DNA of 63,765 bases, counting the filler, from Perkinsus chesapeaki ATCC PRA-425 (Eukaryota > Protista > Perkinsozoa), in NCBI GenBank assembly GCA_013115145.1. It is 5 parts of 5 records of this genome, joined end to end, with 100 filler letters (N's around TTAATTAATTAA, not from the genome) between each part and the next. Parts side by side here need not be neighbours in the genome. Positions count along the whole stretch, not along the records: positions 35,574 to 62,292 come from JAAPAO010000503.1; 4 more parts are not named here. One strand, written 5' to 3'. Each line of letters starts with the position of its first letter. Position 1 is the first letter of the stretch. The translations under genes were made by a program, and so were the position numbers. Below, one piece after another: positions 37,108-49,121 of the stretch. The notes under the pieces are model-generated. The model did no database searches, had not been told where the DNA came from, and saw only the letters and a program-made list of their open reading frames with translations.

Positions 37108-37479
37108 CTATCGAACCTGATGAACGAATCCTTCGTTATAAGACCCAAAACTAGCGAACACTATCAAGGGTTCTCCTTTTATGGTCTGGACACGACCCTT
37201 ACGTGGGTAGCATGTGCTGAGCGCGTTGTGTTGCAGTGAGTGCTGGATCGCGCGCAACAGAATCTGAGTAAATCTTCTTAAAGCAATTCGCCAACTAAAG
37301 CCACTGATAGTGCTTCTCTTCAAAGCAGCGTGGCTCGCTGCTAGGTCTGCGCAGCCTCGAACGCGAGACCATCTGAGAGTCGCTGTCGGTTCTTGTGAAT
37401 GGGATTCTTGCCTAAAAGGTGCGCAAAGATGTGCACGCAGTAGTAGTACAGCTGTAAATGGAGCGATCCAAGGAATCAC
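37108..37479 (-). CDS. Possible single-exon secreted hypothetical protein (123 aa)
   Basis: The N-terminus MIPWIAPFTAVLLLRAHLCAP is signal-peptide-like. No recognisable domain; could be spurious. Confidence 0.2.
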   Translation of the reverse strand: MIPWIAPFTAVLLLRAHLCAPFRQESHSQEPTATLRWSRVRGCADLAASHAALKRSTISGFSWRIALRRFTQILLRAIQHSLQHNALSTCYPRKGRVQTIKGEPLIVFASFGSYNEGFVHQVR

Positions 37480-38442
37480 AAGGTTCAGCTTTGATCATAT
37501 ATCAACCACTGGTCAGTAGGCGGCATTTACATTCATTTGCGACTGTTATCCAACACTCCTCAGTCCCGATGGCGTAGTTAAATATACAAGTATACTCAAA
37601 AACTCTCCAGGTTTCAAGCTCTAGCCAAGAAGCTTGCAAAGCAAATAGCTAAAGGAATTTGCTTCAAATGAAAGTGCAGCACTAAGAAGTACGAAATCGA
37701 CTTTATCCGGAGTAAAACGCGCAAAAAAAGCTCTATACAGGATGGAAGCGTCCTAGAATACACAGTAAGTACATGCCCCATAGTCTGGACAAATCATCAA
37801 CTGGCTTCTGCCCCCGGTACTCCAAAGATGCGCCTAGCTTTACTATCAATCTGTGGGTGCGTGCTATTTCGGGCTGCTGCAGGTCAGCGATCTGTTGATA
37901 TCAGGCTTAGTCGATTGTCACAACCCAACCCTAGTCGTCGATGCTTTCGGGCACTGGTACTGTAAAAGCAGTTCGAGACAGCACTCCTGAGAATTCCCTA
38001 ATACGGTCAACAACACCGCGCTACATTTAGCTATACTGTACATTGCATAGTATGCGAGATATGCAGTTACAGAACAACTACCACTACTGCATATATCAAT
38101 TACAGTAACTGCTCGATTACAGCTACCTTACTCGCTTATCTGAGGTAATTTAAGAGTAAACCAGTTACAGTACGAACAGAACGGTTTACAGTAAACCGAA
38201 GCGAACAAGGCATCGAGGCAATTACTTGGTCGGAAGGGAAAATGAGCATGCGTGCTCAGTCTTTCCCGCTTGTTGGGAAGCGCTTGGCGAGCTGTAGCAC
38301 AACTCGAAGTCGACTGCTTGTATCTCCACCTCAGAGAATCTAGAATCACGGCGTCTTTTTTGCGGTATTTTCTATAAAGTTGCTAACTTGGCTGATTGGC
38401 TATTGTCTTCAGCTTTACTTTCCCTTTTGACCCTTTACGATA

Positions 38443-38862
38443 ATGCGCTGCACCTACATCGTTCTTATCGCCTGCACCGTGCTCCAGATGATGGCCCAAA
38501 TAACCCCTCCTTCTGGCGAGTACTGTGGCACCTTTACGAGTGATGTATTCGACTTACAGTTGACGGTTACTGGCAATACCGGAAACACCTTTGACATCTC
38601 AGGAACGCTCTCATTGGCAGGCGGTGACCCAAACTCTGCTGAAGAGACTGACATTCCCTACGAGTTCAATTCGGCCACTGGTACGATCACAGTTACCGAT
38701 CTCGACAAGATCCAAGATTTCCTCAACGAACTAGGAGCCCCTATCTCAAGCGGTGCCCTTGGCACGTTCAACTACGATGGTACCGCCCTATCGTCGAGCG
38801 CCTTAGATGACTTTGAGCTGACGAACGCTGGTTGTGCTTCGAGAAGATCTTTGCGAGCTTAG
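38443..38862 (+). CDS. Secreted PPSGxYCG-family protein, paralogue A (139 aa, acidic)
   Basis: Signal peptide followed by QITPPSGEYCG...FDI...LAGG...YEF...GTITVTD...YDGTALSS...GC. Intronless and co-linear with 41122-41532. Confidence 0.85.
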   Translation: MRCTYIVLIACTVLQMMAQITPPSGEYCGTFTSDVFDLQLTVTGNTGNTFDISGTLSLAGGDPNSAEETDIPYEFNSATGTITVTDLDKIQDFLNELGAPISSGALGTFNYDGTALSSSALDDFELTNAGCASRRSLRA

Positions 38863-41121
38863 TGAGGATAGCATCTTGTTATCCTTGGTATAGGAACATA
38901 AGTGTTGACATATGTCTTGATCATTCCCAAACACTAGCACCGTCAGGTAGTTGTACCTAGTGTATACGTTCACATTGCCCTCGTATGTGAGCTAGCGACT
39001 TTCTGTTAAAACTCCATGTTGCTGGGTTGTAGCTTTGTGCTAGAACTTCGGTTTCTAAGGGTGATGCGTTGTTGGTTGGGTTCAGTACACCCGAAAGTAT
39101 GCATTATCGAACTGAGAGGCGTAGCATTCAGATTTGAATCACAGTCAATCAGAGCCCCTGATCCAGGTGGTGATTAGAATAAGCCCTAGAAAACACCCGT
39201 TATCCTCCATTTTCACTGATTAACCATCGCGATCTCCCTAGCTCCCAACTCTACATTTCTGAGGCGTCTGACGCAATGTCTCTAGCAGAACTCTGGCTTG
39301 GGCCGAGCGCCTCAGTCGAATCACTTGGTGAGTGCATTATTAAAATACCGTTATGACTAAAGGTTACTAATATAATATTGGTTGCGGAAGTTGGGTGGTT
39401 CAATGAGCGGGTGCTAGCGCGCAATATGCGGCGGACCTAGTTCTTGAATGGCAAAGTGCCATCAAGAAAAGTACCGAAAGTACGGGACGCGAGCGGAAGC
39501 CGATAACGAAATGCAATGCGCATTGAGCGATAGTCCCTTGGATGTAGCACTGCGGGTGCTACTCAGCGCAGCCAAGCATAACGGTCGTGAGACAAATGAA
39601 AAATTCACCTTAATAATGAAAAATGCGGGCGGTATCATAGGGCACTGACTCAGTGCCACTGAGTATATCTGGATATAAATTCGTAGGTACGGCGGACTGG
39701 GAGGAAGTGGTAAGGGCAAAGCTGCCTATAAGGCAAAGCTTAGCCCAACCATCGAAGCACTCACGTCAGGTCTCTGCAAATGAGTAACTCAAACGCAGAG
39801 GACTAAGGTGAGCGCACTCCCCATACCCTAGAACGAGAAAAGAAAAAAAAGGGAAAATGGGCAGGGAGGATAAAACTCCACACAAGGGCGATCGACATGA
39901 GTTTTCTGCTCTACTCTATCATTATGAACAGAAGCTACGCAGCTTACACAATCATCAAATCTCAGAATCGTGGCGGAGCGAAGCGTCCCCCGATGAACGA
40001 ATTTACCCGCGTCGAACCTTGCAGGTTTAACTAAACATTATAGGCCTGTACATGTCCACGTGGCCTATGCCAGAACTGCGCCCGTCACTTCGCGTTGCAG
40101 AGAGCCATCGACCGGATAGGAGGAGCCTCCTTAGAATTCTTCAACCAACTTTTGGCTTTCATATACTTTGGATACTACACCATTTCCCGGTCAACTTATA
40201 GCTTCGACGATCGAAAACCACGTTTTTATTCAGAGCTAAATAGCACGGGTATCAGCGCGTCTTGCATATCCTGTTAAAACTTCGTATTAATAGCATCCGC
40301 AATGATCCGAACCGGCTCTCTCATGTGCTGCATCTGCAACGATTCATCAGAAAAGCTTATCATGAGAACGAATAGGACGATGCATTAAATTTCGCTCTAG
40401 TAAATTGCAACTTGCTGGTGGATACGCTCCTGCGCCTATCCGTACCGACACCGAAGGGCGATGGAAGCGGATTAATTGCGCTCCCTTGATTGCGAACCCA
40501 TATTACGTGCTTGCCTTTTTCCTCCTGAATATCTGTATCCTTATGTTGGCGGACCCTAGCCGGCAAGTGACTTCTTATGCTTCAGCATCAGTCTGAGTAT
40601 CACCGGTGTTATTGAGTAGGTATATGGATGAAGCTACGTACGCACTGGAGTGTATACGCCTCTTGCTTGCAGTAGCTTTGCAGTGTCGAGTCAGATAACT
40701 CGTCGACGGGCACTCGTCGCAACTTAGACTGCTCAATAGGATAGTCTTGACTGGTATCCCATAGCTTCTCAGTATAACTTTGTCGGAGTATCACCTAGAA
40801 GACGTCTTCACCACTTCTGGTATGCTCTATTGTGCACGCGAACCTCGGCTACTATTCCTCGTCACCTAAGCTCGTTACTTCAACTCACTCTCAAAGCTAA
40901 GGGTAACTCTCGAAGCTGGCTGATTTAGTTTTGTGATTGAGAAACCAAGGGTTTGCAATCATTCGCATACATCTTCATTTTCCATGTTTCCGTCCCTCTT
41001 GAAGGGTTCATTCTACTTCCCAGCTTCGAAAACCGCATCTCTCTAGTCAGGTTTGGCCCTGCATGTTTCCTGTTTGTGCTTCAGCTCAGTTTTTTCTATT
41101 CTTTTCGATCCACTCACAACT

Positions 41122-41532
41122 ATGCGTTTTGGCTACGTTGCTGCCATCGCCTCCGTGTTCAGCCAGCTGGCGGTTGGGGTAACTCCCCCATCTGGTGACT
41201 ACTGTGGTTCTTACAAGCATAGCCTGGTCAACTTGTCGAAGGCGAAAGTAAACTTCAAGAACGGGGATGTCTTTGACATTTTGGTCACGGCCTCGATTCT
41301 TGCTGGTGGGCCAAAGGATGCCCAGCAAACTGAGGTCTCCTACACTTTCGACGTGTCTTCTGGAAAGATATCTGTTACCGACGTAACGAAGGTTCAAAGC
41401 CTCCTTAAAGACCTTGGCGCGGAGGCTTTTGCTCCTTTGGTTACGAAAGCTTTCTTAGAGTTCAGTTATGACGGAAGTGCGCTCTCATCCGGCCTGGCGC
41501 CCGGTTTCAAGCTAACGAAAGATGCTTGCTAA
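41122..41532 (+). CDS. Secreted PPSGxYCG-family protein, paralogue B (136 aa)
   Basis: Signal MRFGYVAAIASVFSQLAVG followed by VTPPSGDYCG...FDI...LAGG...YTF...GKISVTD...YDGSALSS...AC*. Two conserved Cys, one at each end of the mature protein. Confidence 0.85.
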   Translation: MRFGYVAAIASVFSQLAVGVTPPSGDYCGSYKHSLVNLSKAKVNFKNGDVFDILVTASILAGGPKDAQQTEVSYTFDVSSGKISVTDVTKVQSLLKDLGAEAFAPLVTKAFLEFSYDGSALSSGLAPGFKLTKDAC

Positions 41533-42383
41533 AGCCTCTTAAGTGTGTACGATATACGATACATAGCGTCATTGTCTTATATGTCTCTTCTTAATGTTGG
41601 TATTTGTCCTGGTATTGCCACACCCCTGCTAGAAATATCTCACTTTCATGTTCGTTTTTTGGCTGCGTTTTTCTTGCCATCAGAAATGTAGATAGTAGTT
41701 CTATCATAGTACCCATCAACGCGCGGCCATGTAGGTTTGTGTAGGCTTCTTCGATAAAGGTGTTGTGTTAGTGCTGCTTGTCAGTCGATAAACTCTACCA
41801 CAGTACGTCGAATAGTCAGGAATTTACTGACGAGATTAGCACTTGCAATGAGCTCTCTATAGGGGCAACTCAGTCTTTCACGGAACGCAAGTCGTGAACT
41901 TCAACAAGGCATGCAACAAAGCTCCTCTGATAAAACGCAACGTGTGCACAAGACCTTTCCCGTGCTATCCACGCTACTATTTCCACTTAGAAGGAAATTG
42001 CCGCGCAACTGTTAATCGTTATCGCCTTGTAGTGTGGCATACGGTCATCCGTCGTGATCGGCAACTGCGTGCAAGGACATTCCTACAGTGCGCATACTGC
42101 ACAGCTGTAGTCGAGGATAAACTACTGAAGTGAATCACTTCAAGTGATCGGTGAAGTGTAACACCACCAGCTTTAGCCCAACGATCCCGAATAACGAAAG
42201 GTCCGGCATCCCTAGGACAGGCTATCTTCACCACTACCAGGTCTGAGAACGCGAGAAACAAGTTCATCTTTTTGAAACTTTGCACTTCGATTCGCAAGGG
42301 CATCGATGCTAAATGGGACAGTCCTTCTCCATGTTACACAGCACGTCAGTAGACATCAAACTTCACTGGTGTAGATTCGGGAA

Positions 42384-45223
42384 TTAGGGTGAGACTCTGC
42401 CGCTCGGACACATAGCTTGTATGAATAGCTGCTTTGATCTTCGTACCCGATCTACTAGTTCAGTATACTGGAGACTAAGCGTCTCGAGGTCTACAGGGAA
42501 GGACCGAGACCCAAAGCCATACGACTGGGGAGGGTTCCAGTTGTCAACGTGTCGGAGGCCAGACCAAAGTGCTAAATGATTGAACAAACACCATACGGGG
42601 CATTCATTTGGATGAGCTTGCCGATCATGCCACAACTCGAGGTAACCACCGTACTTCGGCAGGAACGTCACATACGTTGCCCCAGCCCCATGTGGGGTGA
42701 TAAGAATGTCGTGACTTGATATTGTCATTATCTGTTCTCGAACGCTCATCCCAGCAAAGTCAAGAGCAGTAACCGTCACGCCAGAATCTTTTTCCAGCAT
42801 TGCTATCAAGTCTTCCTCGTTCGACACCTACCAGCATACTCCGACAGGACCTTCGTTCCGGTACCACTCACCTGACGTGTCACACTTCCTCTTCGGGCTA
42901 GGAAAAGGACCTTCACAGAATGAGTATCAACGGGCTTGCCAAGTAGTCCATAGTGCGCGAGTATCGTATATGCCAGCCCTACAGGGGCCCTCATCGGGTG
43001 GGTGCATCCTACAGCAATGAACGCTCGACACGTCAACTCTTGTGGCGATAGGTGCATAATGTACGTCCGTTGGGTAGCCGAAGACTTACTTATGGCAACT
43101 TCGTAATGATTAGCTTGGAATGGTGTGTTATGCATCGATGGAGCAATGATGACAGGTCCTCGTAAAAGTATCTTTTCTTGGGGAAGATCCCCAAGCGTCA
43201 TCACTTCTCCCGCGATAGAGCTCATTAACTCAGTGTGCCACACTTTTATGTTGTTATCAAGGAAAATAACTCTAACTCTCGGACCAGGTTCAATACCAAA
43301 AACGGATAAAGCTTGGTAAACGTTGAGATAGTGCATATAACTGTGCCACAAATTCTGATCTTCCCGCTTGCCGTTGCTCTCGCGCCAGGTCAACACTGTA
43401 GGACCCTCCAACACCCGAACAGGATTCGGTAACACATTCTTCCAGGTGGCTGATTCAATCAAGTCCCGTACGAAGTTGCCCGTGAAAAGTCCGTCGATAT
43501 CGGGAGTTTCCACGTGCCTGTCGCACTGCCCTGATAAAAACCCAGGTCTGTAATTGAAGTATGCCTCTTGTGTGCCGCTCATCCACTCCCTATGTTTGAG
43601 ACGATGGGCTTTCTGAGCTAATTGTGAGCTGAGATGGAGATGTTCCCCCCAGCAAAGATTTGCGTTATCCGCTGCAACAGGGTGAAAGGGATTATTGTCT
43701 GTTGCACAAAAGAGCTTTGATGTGACGCCGTCACAAAGACGATAGGCTGTTTGAAAGAAATTGTCGTAGTATGTTGTATCGATCAAGCGGCAATCAGGGT
43801 CCTTCTCTTGCTCCTTGAAAGGGATCATTGTCAATAGGGGGTTAAATACTTGTTCCAACTTCAAGTTCATACACGAATCGTTTGAAGGTAGATAATCATA
43901 TCGTGCTGGTGCTATCGACCTGAAACGCAAGAGGCAGCTTACCATAAGTCCTACGTAATCAAACTACTTCTTGGCGAAAGCACTAGTGAAGTTGCAAGCG
44001 GGTTAGTACTACTAACTTAGTAGCCCACCTCGATAGTTGGTCTCCAGCAGATATCGGGGAGCATTTGAGGTAGAACTGACTCGGTTCTTCCGAAATGTCT
44101 GTGGTGTTCCTATATCCTTGCACAAGTGGCATTATTCTAACCTTGAAGATGCTGCAACGCCTTTCGACCTTCCTTGACGAAGCATCTCTCCCCTTCAAGA
44201 TGAAATGCACATTGCACACCCGCGCAGCGATCGTTAAGATTAGTGCAATGATGTAGTGCAGCCTGAAGAACGTATGCACAATCTCAGCTTGGCTATTCGA
44301 CCTCCAATTTGAACCATCTGTGGTCCCTATCACATGATGAAGAGTAGCACCATAGCGCGTTGGCGGATGAGACCTTTGTAGAGTTGAACCTCTTATACCT
44401 GAACGTTTTGACAATGTCCTTCGCTGAGTTCTAAACTACTGTAGAGCTGATAGCTCTGTCTACTTTCTGAACTCCAAACACGGTTTTCAGGTGAACGGGT
44501 AAACAGACTAAGAGTGTGTACACCCGCCCACAACTGATTTCTCATCAAGCAAGTGTTGCATGTGCGGGAGGTCATCAACATACCTTTGTCCTCTAGCGTC
44601 TACGGAAATCCCTTCCCTTTCACCCTGAGAACACTGCAGCTCTTCTCTCTGGACCTCTCTGTAGTCGATGCAACCGGAACATTGACAATGTAGGGGAGTT
44701 GAGCCACACCTGAGATTGCTCTCACTTTGCCAATGCTTCATTTCACCAGCCTCCTTGCGAACAGCAAGGGAAGTCGCTCTTCGGGTCGCATGGCCTCCCT
44801 TCAAAGTTAGAGCCGCACCTCAAATCATCGTTTATCGTGGGTTGAGGCGCGGAGTTGGATGGTGCTCCCAATGTTGCGGTAACCGTTACCACAGGAACTC
44901 GGCTTTGTGGCACTCTAACATTACGGATTCCAATCTGATCTGATTGATCTCTTTCATGCTCCATGTCTGCACAAAGCGTACAAGGGATTGTTGCAATGGA
45001 GCCGCCACTTACATTTTTTCCGCGTTGTTTCCTCATAAGCTTTCGCTGCCTTCTCTGAGAGTTCTAGAGCACTGCGTAGCTTGGCCGATGCCTCCTTTAA
45101 TGATCCTTGGAGATCCCCTCTTTCGAGAACCCACAGATTGATCAAGGCCAGTCCCAACATAAATGACATTAGCAGCATGCCAGCGCTGGGTGGATGGTAC
45201 GACGGCACACCGACACGAGCCAT
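42384..45223 (-). CDS. GT61-family (EOGT/DUF563-like) type II membrane glycosyltransferase with a hevein-like Cys-rich module
   Basis: N-terminal TM (LLMSFMLGLALINLWVL), coiled stem and an 8-Cys module, then the catalytic region NLWHSYMHYLNVY...VLFLARRG...SNEEDL...DFAGMSVREQIMTISSHDILITPHGAGATYVTFLP...YLELW. Confidence 0.85.
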
Positions 45224-45429
45224 TGGCCGATTACGATTGCCAGGTTATCCCAACCAACTTCCTTCAGGAAACAAACTCAGCGATAGCTTGTACAAGTGAT
45301 GTTTAGGTAAAGTAGTTCCACTGGAGTCCCTATGCTCCCAAGATAGTCTCGAACTCAAGCTTAAAGTATGGATAAAAGATACTAAGCCTTGAAGTGATAC
45401 AATCGTACTTCTGAAATATTAGTAAACGA

Positions 45430-45950
45430 TCCCCGATGGCATCACGAATGCAGCAGTTTCATTAGCCGTTACAATAACGGGCGAGCTGCCCTTCAACGCT
45501 GCCCATCTGCTCGTCAAGTACTTACAAAGCTTAATGTATAGCATGCTGAACGAGAAGGGATGTGTAAATATCACAGTATATGATAAAAGGGACCCCTCGC
45601 AACAAACAGCACCGGCTGCTCATACCGTAGCGAGCACCGTAGATACTCAGTCTCGACAGGTCAGGCACCATCGAACAGATGCAGCTACTGGACTTGGTGT
45701 TTTAGGTGGCAGAAGGAAAGAGCCAAGACGAGCCTTCGGAAGAGAAAAAGAACGATGAGCCACGTGTGAGGAGAACTTCTCTGGTGCGTTGACCTAGTCG
45801 CAGCGGAAAAGCTCGAGCCTAGATCCGAAAACCGGATTCGCTCGGTACGCACTCATCGGCCTCGGAAGAGTTACTCAAGATAGTATGTAACAGCATGTTC
45901 ACCGATGTCGAGAAAGATGATCATTCAAACAATGGCATATCTGTGTCGGT
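45430..45950 (+). CDS. Possible multi-exon hypothetical gene
   Basis: Open segments GITNAAVSLAVTITGELPFNAAHLLVKYLQSLMYSMLNEKG... and SMFTDVEKDDHSNNGISVS|gtaag. No homology recognised. Confidence 0.25.
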
Positions 45951-46380
45951 AAGCATTCAGACCTATGGTACGGACAACTACGTTTTGAGAACACACGTGC
46001 GCAACCAACTATCGCCGTGGAGCACTACTGGCCGTCGTCCCAGCCGGAAAGAGCCGTATTACAGAAGATGATCATGAAGTTCATTATAGGCCATATTAGA
46101 TAGAGTTTCACCGTATATAGGCAGCCTATAAACTGCAAAACTTCATTTATTACGAGTGTGGTCGATGTTGCATCATCTGACTTCCTAAACCTCAACAATT
46201 TCCTGAATTATTATCAGTTTGTCGATCGAGTGGGAGCACTGTGCCTTGGTGACCCCGAGTCTGTGTTTTCCGTCAAAGACGCGTTAAAAAAATATAATAT
46301 TGGCAATGCTCGGATAGAAATGGGCTAGAGCTAAGCTAGGGGCTTCATCTTGTCTGATTGGCTTGTCCAAAGCATTTCAA

Positions 46381-48567
46381 ATGCTTTGGAGTCGATCCGC
46401 GGCGTAGCAGTAAAGCGCCTATGTCTATTTGCAGGAGGAGGGCCGCAGTTCTACGATATTCCCTGGAATAGAAGACTCGGACAGCGAAGAGAAAGAAAAC
46501 GGTGGTCGTGATGATACCACTCAAGCCTTCAGTCATGACGATTTCGAAGTAAGTGGGCTAACAATCGGTTTCTATAGGCTTTCAGGTCATCGATCAGCTT
46601 GGTCAGGGCGGAGGAGGAGCAGTTTATAGAGCTGTACACAAGGACACCGGAAAAGAGTCCGGGGGGATACTTGCGCTATATCTTCCTCGGACTTCGCCCA
46701 GAAAACTTCTACAGGGCATCGCTGGGAGCAAATCAAATAAAACAAATCAGAGCAAATTACAAATCGACAATCTGTATATTCGCAGTGCTCTCCAGACTGA
46801 AGGTGGCAAGGTACGCTCTGAAGAAGCTGAATGGCGACAACGATCATACTCGGGCTGAAGTTGAAGTTATGGCACACAAGCGTCCGCATCCTAATGTTGT
46901 TGACATGCACGGATCATATATATGTGATCACCACTCCCCATAAGCAGCATTAGCTGACGGCCAGACAGATAACGGTGATACCTTCCTCGTGCTCGACTAC
47001 GTCGACGGCGAGGACTTGTCGTCATGGCTGGATCGAGAGGCTGCAACAGGCTACGGCGTAGACACCGTGACTTTGTAAGGACCGATGATGGTGACGACGC
47101 TGAAACCGATTGACGTTGGTGTCTCAGAGTAAGGCACGTGTTCCGACAGCTGGTGAAGGCTGTGAGGTGAGACTGAAGGCCGAGCAAAACTATATAATCC
47201 TTTCAGACATATTCACAGCCACCGTATTGTGCACCGAGACCTGAAACCCGGAAATATAATGATAGTAGACTGGCACGCTTTGAAATGCGGCACCTATTGA
47301 CTTAATGATAGGTGGAACCAAGAGGCAATATGAGATTGCCAACAATCTCTTTGCTTGACTTTGGGACCGCTAAGTGCCAGGAATGGGTAATGTCTTACGA
47401 CAACCCGTTTTGAAGTCCGCCAATATCCGAAGAAACTCGGGTTTTTCCACAAGCGTTGTAAAACAAGTTCAGCTGGGATCAGAGTGTTGTACTTCAGGGA
47501 TCGCTCAAGACTTTATGCGGTACTGTAACCTATATGGCACCCGAAGTGGTGAGTCTATCAACTGGATGAGCTTGTTGGTCGACGGTGCAATGATTTTCAG
47601 TTGCAGCAAATGCAGTGCATGGCCGAACCGAGGCAGACGAAAAAGACTGACGTTTGGGGACTCGGAATGATTTTACACGAAGTACATCCCGCCGAGTAAC
47701 GAGCTTCTATCGAAAACATGTTGTTCGTGACAGATGCTCATCGGCAGTCCACCTGAGTGTGCAGAACGACCCGGCAAGGACGGCAGGTTTCCGGAGCCGA
47801 AGCTTAGCCGTGATATCGAGGATAAGGAGGCTACCGACCTCATACGTGAGATACCGGGGAGCCGTATTCAGGTGCAAATGAGGCTTAAGATTTCGTCGTG
47901 GATTGACAGAATACTGGAACCGAGAATCGAACTCGGGACCTACTGCGTGTTAGGCAGTCGTCATAACCAACTAGACCATTCCAGCGGGTGTGGTCTCTTC
48001 CTTTCCACAGCCTGCCGTCCATGCTTATCACTGTGACGAAACCCTCCAGGTCGCTGCCTATCGGTGAACCCACGCCATCGTCCACTGTGCACTGACATCC
48101 TTCAACATCCTTGGCTGAAGCACGATGACAACATCGCAGCTGTAAGTTAAGGTCCCTACAACTTCTCAGCTTTCTGTAATTTCGGAGTGCTTCCTTGTAC
48201 CGGTTCAGATTCCTACGTCAAATATTCGACCTGTGGCGGTTAAAGAAATGCTGACCTCCAGGGTAGAAAGTTTTCATGTCCATCAGCTGGTGTGGTGACA
48301 GATCACTGTTTTTAGCGGAAACAGTAATCTGTCACCGCACTACCAGATTTTGTTCTGTTTCAGAAGACCTCTAGTCCGCCTGCAACCCACGCAATGTATC
48401 ATCGTCATGCCGAGGACCTTGCTGGGGAGGAATCCTCCGGGTATCGATTGAGACTCTCTTCCTCTCCAGAAGGCGGCAGTCTTTCGGAGCGTGTTTATTC
48501 ATTGCGTAGTGACGAAGATGACGAAGGTGATTATTGTTATTGCTGTTTTTGCTATTGGCCACGATAA
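46381..48567 (+). CDS. Ser/Thr protein kinase (CAMK-like), multi-exon; start approximate
   Basis: Subdomains in order: VIDQLGQGGGGAVY, YALKKL, EVEVMAHKRPHPNVV, LVLDYVDGEDL, IVHRDLKPGNIM, LLDFGTAK, LCGTVTYMAPEV, DVWGLGMIL, CLSVNPRHRP...ILQHPWL. Confidence 0.92.
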
Positions 48568-49121
48568 CCACTTTTTATAATGTTCCTGTATGCACGACTG
48601 TATCAATGAAGTAACTCATGGATTCAGCTACATTCAGTATTGAGTTGATCATATAACTAATTGGGAAACACATAATAGCTTTTCGTGGCTTCGACCGTTC
48701 AAAGCAATACACCATAATACTATAATACGTATAATAACATAACGATTTCAATTCGTTCTCAGTAACGGCAGAAAGCCCAAGGGTATATGCTCGGCTGCCC
48801 AACAGTAACGGCGGGTGTTGTTATAGTTACCTCAGGTTGAGGTTCATATCGTTTTTGTCTTTAGTTCCAGTTCATCCATTGCCCCTTATAACTTTCGTAA
48901 GGTGTAAGAAGTCTCTTGTATATTAATAATTCAAAATCCTCACGTTCTGATTAGCGCAAGTCTTGTTTTATCCTTAGTGACATACCCAGCTCCAAGCCCC
49001 CCTACTGACTTCAACACAATCCAAGCACACGAAGCTGTTCTCAAGCACACAAACGACACAATCTGTCTCCGTCAAGCCCTCCTCGTATCCGTAGATTTCT
49101 CAAGCTCGTCTCTGCTATTCC

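Noticed and set aside
39400-40800. Short ORFs between the two PPSGxYCG paralogues
   Set aside because: Frames are interrupted by stops and I recognised no motifs or consistent exon chain; treated as intergenic or decayed DNA.
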